Below, piece by piece: positions 16,912 through 25,143 of a stretch of DNA of 29,477 bases. Each line of letters starts with the position of its first letter. Positions within the stretch are counted from its first letter, which is position 1. Where the stretch lies: positions 1-29,477 of the forward strand of contig CALWMQ010000047.1 in the NCBI GenBank assembly GCA_944382025.1, given 5' to 3'. The notes beneath the pieces are model-generated. The model saw only the letters and a list, made by a program, of their open reading frames with translations. It was not told the origin of the DNA and did not search any database. The DNA is from an uncultured Clostridia bacterium. Lineage in GTDB: Bacteria > Bacillota > Clostridia > Oscillospirales > Acutalibacteraceae. The translations under genes were made by a program, and so were the position numbers.

Positions 16912-18099
16912 CTATACCCCTCCCCGGTCGGCGGAATGGGCCGCGATGAATTCCCGCAGTCGCTTCATGGCCTCCGTAATATGCTTAAGAGAATAGCAAT
17001 ACGAAATACGCACAAATCCTTCCCCGCAATCCCCGAAAGCCGTACCCGGAACGACTGCCACGTGCTTTTCCTCCAGCAGCTTCCTGCAGAAGGTTTCGGA
17101 ATCCATACCGGTAACCGCTACCGACGGGAACACATAAAACGCTCCCTCCGGCTCAAAACACGTCATCCCCATCTTGTTCAGCTCATCCACAATGAACCGG
17201 CGGCGAAGGTCATACTGCCCCCGCATTTCCAGCACATCATCATCCCCGTGCTCCATGGCCTCAATGGCTGCGTACTGGGAGGTAATCGGGGCGCACATCA
17301 GGGCAAACTGATGCAGCTTAGTCATCATACACATCAGCGGTTCCGGCGCACAGGTATATCCCATCCGCCAGCCCGTCATGGCAAAGGATTTGGAAAAGCC
17401 GTTGACCAGCACCGTACGCTCCCTCATCCCCGGCAGAGAGGTAATGCTGACATGGGGCTGGCCCCCGTACGTTAGGTCGGCGTAGATTTCATCCGACAGC
17501 ACAAAAATGTCTGTGCCTTCCAGCACCTGGGCAATCGTCTCCAGATGGCGGCGGCGCATAATACCGCCTGTCGGGTTGTTGGGATAGGGCAAAACCAGCA
17601 GTTTGGTCTTGTCCGTAATCGCCGCCCGCAGGGCCTCCGGTGTCAGACGGAAGGCATCCTCCGCTTTGGTAACGATGGGAACCGGAACTCCTCCCGCCAT
17701 CTGGGCCAGGGGTTCATAGCATACAAAACTGGGCTGGGGGATCAATACCTCGTCCCCAGGATTTACCAGGGACCGCATACACAGGTCAATAGCCTCGCTT
17801 CCCCCCACCGTAACCAGGATCTCATGTTTGGGATCATATTCCACCCCAATCCTTCTCTTCACATACCCGGCAATCGCTTCCCGCAGCCGCAGCAGACCGG
17901 CATTGGGACCGTAAACCGTCTTCCGGGTCTCCAGGGTGGTAATGCCCTCCTGCCGGATATGCCAAGGCGTACTGAAATCCGGCTCCCCAACCGAGAGGGA
18001 AATCACGTCTTCCATCTCGCTGGCGATATCGAAAAAGCGGCGGATGCCCGAGGGCTTCAGCTGCCGCAAAGTCTGATTCATCAAACCATCGTAATTCAT
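16912..18099 (-). CDS. PLP-dependent aminotransferase class I/II
   Basis: SVGEPDF, YPNNPTG, SDEIY, NGFSKSFAMTGWRMGY (PLP Lys) and GAFY; start moved to MNYDGL (18099). Substrate not assignable. Confidence 0.92.
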   Translation of the reverse strand: MNYDGLMNQTLRQLKPSGIRRFFDIASEMEDVISLSVGEPDFSTPWHIRQEGITTLETRKTVYGPNAGLLRLREAIAGYVKRRIGVEYDPKHEILVTVGGSEAIDLCMRSLVNPGDEVLIPQPSFVCYEPLAQMAGGVPVPIVTKAEDAFRLTPEALRAAITDKTKLLVLPYPNNPTGGIMRRRHLETIAQVLEGTDIFVLSDEIYADLTYGGQPHVSITSLPGMRERTVLVNGFSKSFAMTGWRMGYTCAPEPLMCMMTKLHQFALMCAPITSQYAAIEAMEHGDDDVLEMRGQYDLRRRFIVDELNKMGMTCFEPEGAFYVFPSVAVTGMDSETFCRKLLEEKHVAVVPGTAFGDCGEGFVRISYCYSLKHITEAMKRLREFIAAHSADRGGV

Positions 18100-18103
18100 G
18101 GGC

Positions 18104-18577
18104 TTACTGGATTCCCCTCTCGTCCTTCTCTTCTCCCAGGAACATGACCCCTCTATCCTTATATTTGCGCAGCACAAAATGGGTAGCGGTCGAAATCACG
18201 GAATCCAGGGTTGACAGCCGTTTCGCCACAAACATGGCTACATCTTTGAAGGTACGGCCATTGACAAAGACTGCCAGGTCATAGCCGCCAGACATCAGAT
18301 AGATGCTTTCCACCTCTTCAAAGCGCATAATCGTTTCCGCAATGCCTTCAAATCCCAGATCCCGCTTGGGGGTCACCCGAAGCTCAATAATCGCGGTAAC
18401 GTATTCCCGATCGGTCCGGTCCCAGTCGATGAGGGCCTTATAGGCACGGATAACGCCGCTGCGTTCCAGTTCGGCAATTTGAGCCGCCACATCAGCCTCC
18501 GATGTGTCCAGCATAACGGCCAGCTGGGCGTTGGTCAGCCGGGCGTTGGTGTCCAGCAGTTTGAGCAGCTTATCCAT
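18104..18577 (-). CDS. Lrp/AsnC family transcriptional regulator
   Basis: N-terminal HTH (LLKLLDTNARLTNAQLAVML) and RAM domain (YLMSGGYDL, STATHFVL); directly upstream of the aminotransferase. Confidence 0.92.
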   Translation of the reverse strand: MDKLLKLLDTNARLTNAQLAVMLDTSEADVAAQIAELERSGVIRAYKALIDWDRTDREYVTAIIELRVTPKRDLGFEGIAETIMRFEEVESIYLMSGGYDLAVFVNGRTFKDVAMFVAKRLSTLDSVISTATHFVLRKYKDRGVMFLGEEKDERGIQ

Positions 18578-18631
18578 AATCTTCCGTCCTTTCTTTGGGA
18601 GCGGTCATACGCTCCCGTCAAATGTCCTTTC

Positions 18632-18660
18632 AGTATACACGATCCCGCAAAAAAGCACAA
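18632..18660 (-). promoter_or_regulatory. Sigma-A promoter of the Lrp-aminotransferase operon
   Basis: Minus strand TTGTGC (18655-18660), 17 nt, TATACT (18632-18637). Confidence 0.6.
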
Positions 18661-18665
18661 GGCCT

Positions 18666-19475
18666 TTATACCAGCCGTACCCGTTCAGGTTTCCCTTCAA
18701 AATACAGGCAGCAGTACCGGAATCCGGCTTCTATCGCCAGACTGGCCGCGGTTTCCAGGCCTGCTCCCACGTCCTCTGGCCGGTGGGCGTCGGAGCCCAG
18801 GGTAATGTTCTCCCCTCCCAGCTCCCGGAACCGCCGGATCAGCGTCAGATCCGGTGAGGTCATCCCGATAGGTCCACGAAGCCCGGAGGTATTGATCTCC
18901 AGAGCCAGGCCCTTACCCGCCATCAGGGTAAAAATCTCATCAATAACCTCCTGCCAGGGAGTTAACGTTTCCGGCCGCCGCTCCGGGGGCATGTACCGCA
19001 GCGGATAAGTCAGATGGGCTAACGAATGGAACCCACCCCACCGAACCAGTTCCAGTACCCCTTGGAAATAGGCGTCCAGTACGGAGGGAATATCCGCTTT
19101 GCTGTAATCATAAAAGTAGAAATCCTGGCCGTCCCCCAAGCTGTGCATAGATCCCAAAATAAAATCATAGGGATGAGTGCTGAGCAGGCGGCGGGTCTCC
19201 TCCATATTGTATATCGGCTCGCCCAGCTCCACCCCGGCGGCAATCCGCAGCTTTCCCTGAAAACGTTGCTGAGCCTCTACAGCCTTCCGGTAAGACCGGG
19301 CACTCAGCCGGTCATACCCGTCGTCGAGAAAACTCACCATCTCCACATGGTCGGTAATCGCCAGGGCTGTCAGGCCTCTGTCAACGGCGGCCCGGCACAT
19401 GGCCTCCACAGGCGCCTGGGAATCCGGCGAAGAATCGGTATGAGTATGAAAATCCGCGGTAACGGGATACGCCAT
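18666..19475 (-). CDS. PHP-domain histidinol-phosphatase, HisJ family
   Basis: DFHTHT, AITDH, GVELG, LGSMH, LEINTSG and LGSDAH metal-binding motifs; start moved to MAYP (19475) after AGGAGG. Confidence 0.85.
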   Translation of the reverse strand: MAYPVTADFHTHTDSSPDSQAPVEAMCRAAVDRGLTALAITDHVEMVSFLDDGYDRLSARSYRKAVEAQQRFQGKLRIAAGVELGEPIYNMEETRRLLSTHPYDFILGSMHSLGDGQDFYFYDYSKADIPSVLDAYFQGVLELVRWGGFHSLAHLTYPLRYMPPERRPETLTPWQEVIDEIFTLMAGKGLALEINTSGLRGPIGMTSPDLTLIRRFRELGGENITLGSDAHRPEDVGAGLETAASLAIEAGFRYCCLYFEGKPERVRLV

Positions 19476-19534
19476 AGCACAGCCTCCTGTCTTCAACTTT
19501 TGCGGCGACTGGTGAAATCCACCAGCTTCTGTTT

Positions 19535-19563
19535 AGTATACCATACTTTTTTCGTCAGGTAAA
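19535..19563 (-). promoter_or_regulatory. Putative sigma-A promoter of the PHP gene
   Basis: Minus strand TTTACC (19558-19563), 17 nt, TATACT (19535-19540) with TGn extension. Confidence 0.5.
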
Positions 19564-19701
19564 TTTTCTTTGGCCAATTTCCTTTTAAGGGAAAATGTGT
19601 TACAATAAGCCCAACCCTTTGGGTTAAGGGGTGTTTTGGAGGGTTCCCGCTCCTTTTCAGCCCCGCGGTGTTCTATCCCTATATCAGAAAGGAGTCCCGC
19701 T

Positions 19702-21078
19702 ATGGTCAAAATGCGTTCTGCAACCGCCGCTGTGATTCTTGTTCTGGCGGTCTTTTCCTTTCTGTTGGCGGCAGGCTGTCGTACAGGTTCTTCCTCTGTA
19801 TGGGACATTCCTTCAGATGCAACCTCTGTTTCTTCCCTTTCCCATGCCGAAAGCCAACCCTCTTATCCCAGCGAAACGGGTAACACTACCTTTAACGAAT
19901 GCGTTTTTAACGAATCGGTCGCCCAGCCCTCCTCCACTTCCGAAAAACATCACCCTACTGAATCCAACAGCCCTTCCGCAACCCAAAACTCTCATGTTCC
20001 CGCTTCCTCCACACCTACTGCCGGCACTACGGATTCTTCCATTCCCACTCTTCCTGAGGAGGAACCTGTCTTATCTGACCTGGAGCCCCTGGGCAGGGAG
20101 GAATATTACGGCCGGCAGCTTCTGGCCGCCATGAGCCGATCCGAAAACCTTCTGGCTGCCTATGACCGGATTGCCTACGGTATTGAGCGGGGGGATTCCC
20201 GTATTTCCTTGGACGACCCCCGGTTGCCTCTGTCGGTGGCGGACCTGGAACTGGTGGTGGAATATTACCGACGGGATTATCCCCAGCATTTTTGGTACAC
20301 AGGCTCCTATTCCTATCGGTACAGCGGTTCCAGCGTCCTGTCTATAGATCCGGATTACACGCTGACCGGTTCCCAGCTGGAACAGGCCCGGGAAAATTGG
20401 CAAGCCGCGGTGGAACAAGCAGTCTCCACTCTGTCCAATGCCCGCAGCGAATATGACCGGGAAAAACTGCTCCATGACTGGCTGGCCGGCCGATGCTCCT
20501 ACGTGGACGGAACCAACGCCCATAACGCCTACGGAGCCTTGGTAGAAGGCCAGGCGGTATGCGAGGGCTATGCCCGCGCCTTCCAATATCTCCTGTATCA
20601 GGCGGGAATCCAGTCCCTGTATGTCACCGGCTCCAGCAGAAACCCTGATACGGGACTGGCAGAAAACCATGGGTGGAATATCGTCCGGATCGATGGAAAG
20701 TATTATCATGTTGACCTTACCTGGAACGATCAATCCAGCTGCTTGTTCTATGCTTACTTTAACCTGACAGACCGGCAAATTCAAGAGGACCATCAGCTGG
20801 ATGAGTATAATTCCCCCCTGCCCTCCTGTTCCTCCGACGCCGCCAATTATTTTGTCCGCAACGGGTTGGTTATATCTGATCCCACGGTAGATCGGGTAGC
20901 CAGCCTGCTCCGCCAGGGAAACGGAACCGCCCGGATCTATACCACCGGCAGTACCGAGGAACTATGGAACTGGTTTCAGCAGAATATCCAAGCCATTGCC
21001 CAGCAGGTTGGGATAACCGGCCGCTACAGCTACAGCTGCTATACCCTTGGCCATGAGATTCTTTTGTCCATTGAATAA
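19702..21078 (+). CDS. Transglutaminase-like domain lipoprotein
   Basis: Signal peptide with lipobox LAAGC, S/T/P-rich linker, and Cys-His-Asp triad motifs (AVCEGYARAF, HGWN, HVDLTWND); start after GAAAGGAG. Confidence 0.82.
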   Translation: MVKMRSATAAVILVLAVFSFLLAAGCRTGSSSVWDIPSDATSVSSLSHAESQPSYPSETGNTTFNECVFNESVAQPSSTSEKHHPTESNSPSATQNSHVPASSTPTAGTTDSSIPTLPEEEPVLSDLEPLGREEYYGRQLLAAMSRSENLLAAYDRIAYGIERGDSRISLDDPRLPLSVADLELVVEYYRRDYPQHFWYTGSYSYRYSGSSVLSIDPDYTLTGSQLEQARENWQAAVEQAVSTLSNARSEYDREKLLHDWLAGRCSYVDGTNAHNAYGALVEGQAVCEGYARAFQYLLYQAGIQSLYVTGSSRNPDTGLAENHGWNIVRIDGKYYHVDLTWNDQSSCLFYAYFNLTDRQIQEDHQLDEYNSPLPSCSSDAANYFVRNGLVISDPTVDRVASLLRQGNGTARIYTTGSTEELWNWFQQNIQAIAQQVGITGRYSYSCYTLGHEILLSIE

Positions 21079-21102
21079 TTTAATTTTAAGGAGTCGAAAT
21101 AT

Positions 21103-21372
21103 ATGCGTGCAGTGATCACCGTTATCGGGAAAGATATGGTGGGCATCCTAGCCCGGGTATCTACTCGGTGCGCCGAACACCGGATCAATGTATTGGAGGT
21201 TACCCAATCCATCCTCCAGGATATGTTCGCCATGATCATGATGGTGGATATTTCGGGCAGCGACATCCCCTTTACCCAGTTCGCTGAAGAGCTATCCCGG
21301 GAAGGACAGGAAATGGGACTGTCCATCCATGCCATGCATGAGGATATCTTTAATTCCATGCATAAGATCTGA
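21103..21372 (+). CDS. ACT-domain protein (UPF0237-type)
   Basis: AVITVIGKDMVGILA...HAMHEDIFNSMHKI, the usual partner of DUF711; AAGGAG RBS. Confidence 0.88.
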   Translation: MRAVITVIGKDMVGILARVSTRCAEHRINVLEVTQSILQDMFAMIMMVDISGSDIPFTQFAEELSREGQEMGLSIHAMHEDIFNSMHKI

Positions 21373-21405
21373 TCCCTCCGATACTGACTACGAAAGGCTG
21401 ATTTC

Positions 21406-22764
21406 ATGCTTAACGCACACGATATACTGGAAACTATCACCATGATCCAGGAGGAAAACCTGGATGTGCGTACCATTACCATGGGAATCTCCCTACTGGA
21501 CTGCTGCGACAGCGATATCGACCGTGCCTGCGCACGGATATATGATAAAATTACCCGCTTGGCTCAAAACCTGGTAGCCACCGGCGAGCAGATTGAGAAG
21601 GAATACGGGATTCCCATCATCAACAAAAGGATTTCCGTAACCCCCATTGCCATGATCCTGGCGGCCTGTGCGGACAAAGACGCGGTAAAGATGGCCAGAA
21701 CCCTGGAAAAGGCCGCTCAGACTTGCGGGGTTAATTTCATCGGCGGCTTTTCCGCCCTGGTCCAGAAGGGCTTTTCAGCCGGGGACCGGGAACTGATTGC
21801 CAGCATCCCAGAAGCCCTGGCGGTCACCGACCATGTGTGCTCCTCCGTCAATATCGGTTCTACCAAGGCGGGTATCAATATGGACGCGGTAGCCATGATG
21901 GGGCCGGTCGTCCGGGAGGCCGCGGAACGCACCGCTGACCGGGACTGTATCGGCTGCGCCAAGCTGGTGGTCTTTTGTAACGCCCCGGAAGATAATCCCT
22001 TTATGGCCGGTGCCTTCCATGGGGCTGGGGAACCGGATTGCGTTATCAATGTCGGTGTATCCGGCCCGGGCGTGGTTCGGGCGGCTCTGGCTAAGGCCGG
22101 GGATTGTGATCTGACCGCTGTATCGGATCTGATCAAACGTACCGCTTTCAAGATCACACGCATGGGTCAGCTGGTCGCTCAGGAAGCCTCCAAACGGCTC
22201 CATGTACCTTTTGGTATCGTTGATTTGTCCTTGGCCCCCACCCCGGCGGTAGGGGATTCCGTAGCCCACATCCTTGAGGAAATGGGGTTGGAATGCTGCG
22301 GCGCCCATGGCACTACTGCCGCTCTGGCCCTGCTCAACGACGCGGTGAAAAAAGGCGGGGTTATGGCTTCTTCCCATGTGGGCGGCCTGTCCGGTGCCTT
22401 TATCCCGGTGACCGAGGACGCGGGGATGATTGACGCGGCCCGCTGCGGCTGTCTGCGTATCGAAAAATTGGAGGCCATGACCGCTGTTTGCTCGGTGGGT
22501 CTGGATATGATTAATATTCCCGGAGATACCCCCTCAGAGGTCATCTCCGCCATTATCGCCGACCAGGCGGCTATCGGTATGATTAACTCCAAAACAACCG
22601 CTGTACGGGTGATCCCCGCTATCGGCAAACAGGTGGGCGATGAATTGTCCTTCGGCGGACTGCTGGGCGGAGGCCCTGTAATGCCCCTGAACACCTGGTC
22701 CCCCGCTAAATTTATTGCCCGGGGCGGACGGATCCCTGCCCCTATCCAAAGCCTGAAAAACTAA
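21406..22764 (+). CDS. DUF711 / UPF0210 ('PFL family') protein
   Basis: [59 protein letters not shown] and [11 protein letters not shown]. Confidence 0.92.
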   Translation: MLNAHDILETITMIQEENLDVRTITMGISLLDCCDSDIDRACARIYDKITRLAQNLVATGEQIEKEYGIPIINKRISVTPIAMILAACADKDAVKMARTLEKAAQTCGVNFIGGFSALVQKGFSAGDRELIASIPEALAVTDHVCSSVNIGSTKAGINMDAVAMMGPVVREAAERTADRDCIGCAKLVVFCNAPEDNPFMAGAFHGAGEPDCVINVGVSGPGVVRAALAKAGDCDLTAVSDLIKRTAFKITRMGQLVAQEASKRLHVPFGIVDLSLAPTPAVGDSVAHILEEMGLECCGAHGTTAALALLNDAVKKGGVMASSHVGGLSGAFIPVTEDAGMIDAARCGCLRIEKLEAMTAVCSVGLDMINIPGDTPSEVISAIIADQAAIGMINSKTTAVRVIPAIGKQVGDELSFGGLLGGGPVMPLNTWSPAKFIARGGRIPAPIQSLKN

Positions 22765-22965
22765 TCCCGCCCCCAGAGATTGAACTGCCCTCAATTATGC
22801 GGTATCACAAAAACACCCAGTGGATGGTGAAATGTAAAGTTTTAGGCGGAGAGGTGGTCTCCTGGTGCTGTTTTTGGAACAGATGCCCTTCGGAATAATG
22901 GGGTACTGGTCAAAATGTCTTCCTCGAAATGGGGTCGCGATTTGAATACTATGGCCTTTTGGACT

Positions 22966-23005
22966 CGCCGGAGCCTGTATGACAGACTCCGGCGCAATTT
23001 TTTCT
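22966..23005 (+). terminator. Putative terminator after the DUF711 operon
   Basis: CGCCGGAG-CCTGT-ATG-ACAGA-CTCCGGCG (22966-22994) followed by CAATTTTTTCT. Confidence 0.55.
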
Positions 23006-23179
23006 CTGCGGAACGTGTCGGGGCGCTTCCCCCGGGCCCCGTCTCCCCTTGCAGCGCCAAAACAGCCATACGCCGCGCTCGCGGCTGACGGTTTTGACCC
23101 GGCGCCGCCCCCTGCTCCCTATTTTCCGCCCTGCGGACGTTTCCAGGCGTTGCCTTTTGTAAAAGGCGAACGCAAACTT
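22998..23179 (-). repeat. Dispersed structured intergenic repeat, copy 3 (most diverged)
   Basis: Reverse complement AAGTTTGCGTTCGCCTTTTACAAAAGGCAACGCCTGG...CAAAACCGTCAGCCGCGAGCGCGGC...GTTTTGG...GCAAGGGGAG. Core is 23042-23179; it shares CTCTGCGGAA with the tail of copy 2. Confidence 0.82.
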
Positions 23180-23518
23180 TTCGTTTGGCTTATCTTGCGC
23201 AGTAACGCTTTCTACACTCGGTGCGGGAACGTTGATCAAAGGTTCCAGCTGATTGGGACTTCAGGGCTTTCTATAAAAGAACAGATAAACCTCTGCATAG
23301 ATCCTGCCGAACTATATCATTTCCAACAGGAGTTGGATTTCTTTGGAAAACCCGCATTTTCATACAAAAGTATCGCAACAATCCACAATATATGGGGAGT
23401 TTTCATCCCGCACCGTACCTTTTATAGAAGCTATGCGAATATTCCAAATAATGGAAATTTTGTAGAAACATACATAAAAATGGCTATGGGTTTGGTTAGG
23501 GTTTCTATAAATTAAACA

Positions 23519-23547
23519 TTGTTTTTTTGATAGGGCAGGTATATACT
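23519..23547 (+). promoter_or_regulatory. Putative sigma-A promoter of the V/A-type ATPase operon
   Basis: TTGTTT (23519-23524), 17 nt, TATACT (23542-23547), in AT-rich sequence. Confidence 0.55.
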
Positions 23548-23648
23548 AGGAGCACAAGCGGAATACCAAAGCGTTCATATTGTGCTTTATCCTCCCGCTT
23601 GCTCTGTAGTTCTGCCCCTATTCTTCCCATGGAAAGGAAGAGGTACAC

Positions 23649-23960
23649 ATGGAAGAAATGATCAAACGCATCATCGACATGGATAAAAAAGCCCGGGAGA
23701 TCACCGATGCCGCTCAAGAGGAAAAACTCCGTTCCGAGCAGGAGATCGCTCAGCGGGCCACTCAGCTGCGGGAAGAATATCTGAATCGGGCACGGCGCCG
23801 TATCCAGATCAACGCCGAAACCGAAAAGGCGCTGGCTGAGCAGAAGTGGGAACGACGCAAACAGAAATACGCCCGGCAGAAGGCCGATTTGGAAAAAACA
23901 TATGAGGCTAAACATCAGGAATGGGTTAACCAAATCGTGAAAAATATTCTGGAAGGGTAA
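23649..23960 (+). CDS. Probable V/A-type ATPase peripheral-stalk subunit G/H
   Basis: 103-aa charged coiled-coil (MEEMIKRIIDMDKKAREITDAAQEEK), first gene of the operon, GGAAAGGAAGAGG RBS. Confidence 0.65.
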   Translation: MEEMIKRIIDMDKKAREITDAAQEEKLRSEQEIAQRATQLREEYLNRARRRIQINAETEKALAEQKWERRKQKYARQKADLEKTYEAKHQEWVNQIVKNILEG

Positions 23961-24072
23961 CCTCTTTCAAACGGCAGCCCCCATCTGCCGGCCTCTTTCC
24001 AGGGAGCCCGTCAACTGGCTTCCGTGATCCGGCAACCAGGCAGGCTTCCCCTGCCAAATCCGCAGAAAGGAC

Positions 24073-25125
24073 ATGGTACCGAAGATGTTTGCTTCTCCCT
24101 TTTCCGCCAACGTCATTCTGGCCAAGGCCCGGGCCATGTACGGCAACTGCCTGACTGCCCAGAATTACCTGGAACTGCTGGCCTGTCACAGCGTCAGTGA
24201 AGTAGCCGGTTACTTGAAAAACCGTACCGCTTACGCTTCTGTTCTCTCCGATATCAATGAATCTACTGTCCACCGGGGGCATTTGGAAAATCTGCTGCGC
24301 CGGAAACTGTATAACGACTATAATTCCCTGAGCCGGTATGATAAGACGGTGGGGATGCGTACCTCCGCCTATCTGGTCCAGCGGGAAGAAGTCGATCAGA
24401 TTATGAGCTGCCTCCGGCTTCTCAGCGCCGGGAGAACAGAGGAATTCTTTTTCTCTATGCCCATGTTTATCAGCAGCCATACCGAATTGGACCTGATCCG
24501 TATGGGCCATTCCAAATCCTACGAGGAACTGCTGTCGGCTCTGGAGGGAACCCCATATAAAAAGATTCTGGAATTGTACCCTCCCGATGACGGGCATATA
24601 CGCATTACGGAAATTGAAAACGCCTTGCATAGCCGGTTAACCAAAACCCTCCTGGGAATCGTTGACAGCACCAAAGGCAGGCTCCATGAAGAACTGGTCA
24701 GTCTCTGCGGCACCCAGATTGACGCCCAGAACGTTACCCGGATCTTACGGCTGAAAACCTATTTTCATGCCGATACCGATACCATTCGGGCTAATCTGCT
24801 GCCTTCCGGCCATACCATACCTCCTAAAATACTGGATCGGATGCTGGAAGCTTCCTCCGCCCAGGAAATTTTGTCCCTGTTTTATTCCACCCCCGCCGGA
24901 CGGCTTCTCCCGGAAAGCCAACGCGCCCTGATCCATGACCTGCATCACCGGGTTCCCTATTTCAACGCCCGGCACCATATGCACTATTCCACCCACCCGA
25001 TGGTTGTCCTGATCTCTTATATCATTATTACCGAGGTGGAGCTGGACGACATTATCAATATCATTGAGGGCATCCGCTACAATTTGTCTCCTGAGGAGAT
25101 CAAACCCATGCTGGTACTCGTATGA
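24073..25125 (+). CDS. atpC: V/A-type ATP synthase subunit C (d/AC39)
   Basis: ILAKARAMYGNCLT N-terminus, NVTRILRLKTYF, ELDDIINIIEGIRY C-terminus, and operon position. Confidence 0.88.
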   Translation: MVPKMFASPFSANVILAKARAMYGNCLTAQNYLELLACHSVSEVAGYLKNRTAYASVLSDINESTVHRGHLENLLRRKLYNDYNSLSRYDKTVGMRTSAYLVQREEVDQIMSCLRLLSAGRTEEFFFSMPMFISSHTELDLIRMGHSKSYEELLSALEGTPYKKILELYPPDDGHIRITEIENALHSRLTKTLLGIVDSTKGRLHEELVSLCGTQIDAQNVTRILRLKTYFHADTDTIRANLLPSGHTIPPKILDRMLEASSAQEILSLFYSTPAGRLLPESQRALIHDLHHRVPYFNARHHMHYSTHPMVVLISYIIITEVELDDIINIIEGIRYNLSPEEIKPMLVLV

Positions 25126-25143
25126 ATAAGGAGGTGAACTCTC

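Noticed and set aside
19533-19808. 91-aa minus-strand ORF in the divergent promoter region
   Set aside because: Overlaps the lipoprotein start antisense and covers both promoters; no motif or RBS.
22797-22898. 33-aa Cys-rich ORF MRYHKNTQWMVKCKVLGGEVVSWCCFWNRCPSE after DUF711
   Set aside because: No RBS before either ATG and no supporting evidence.
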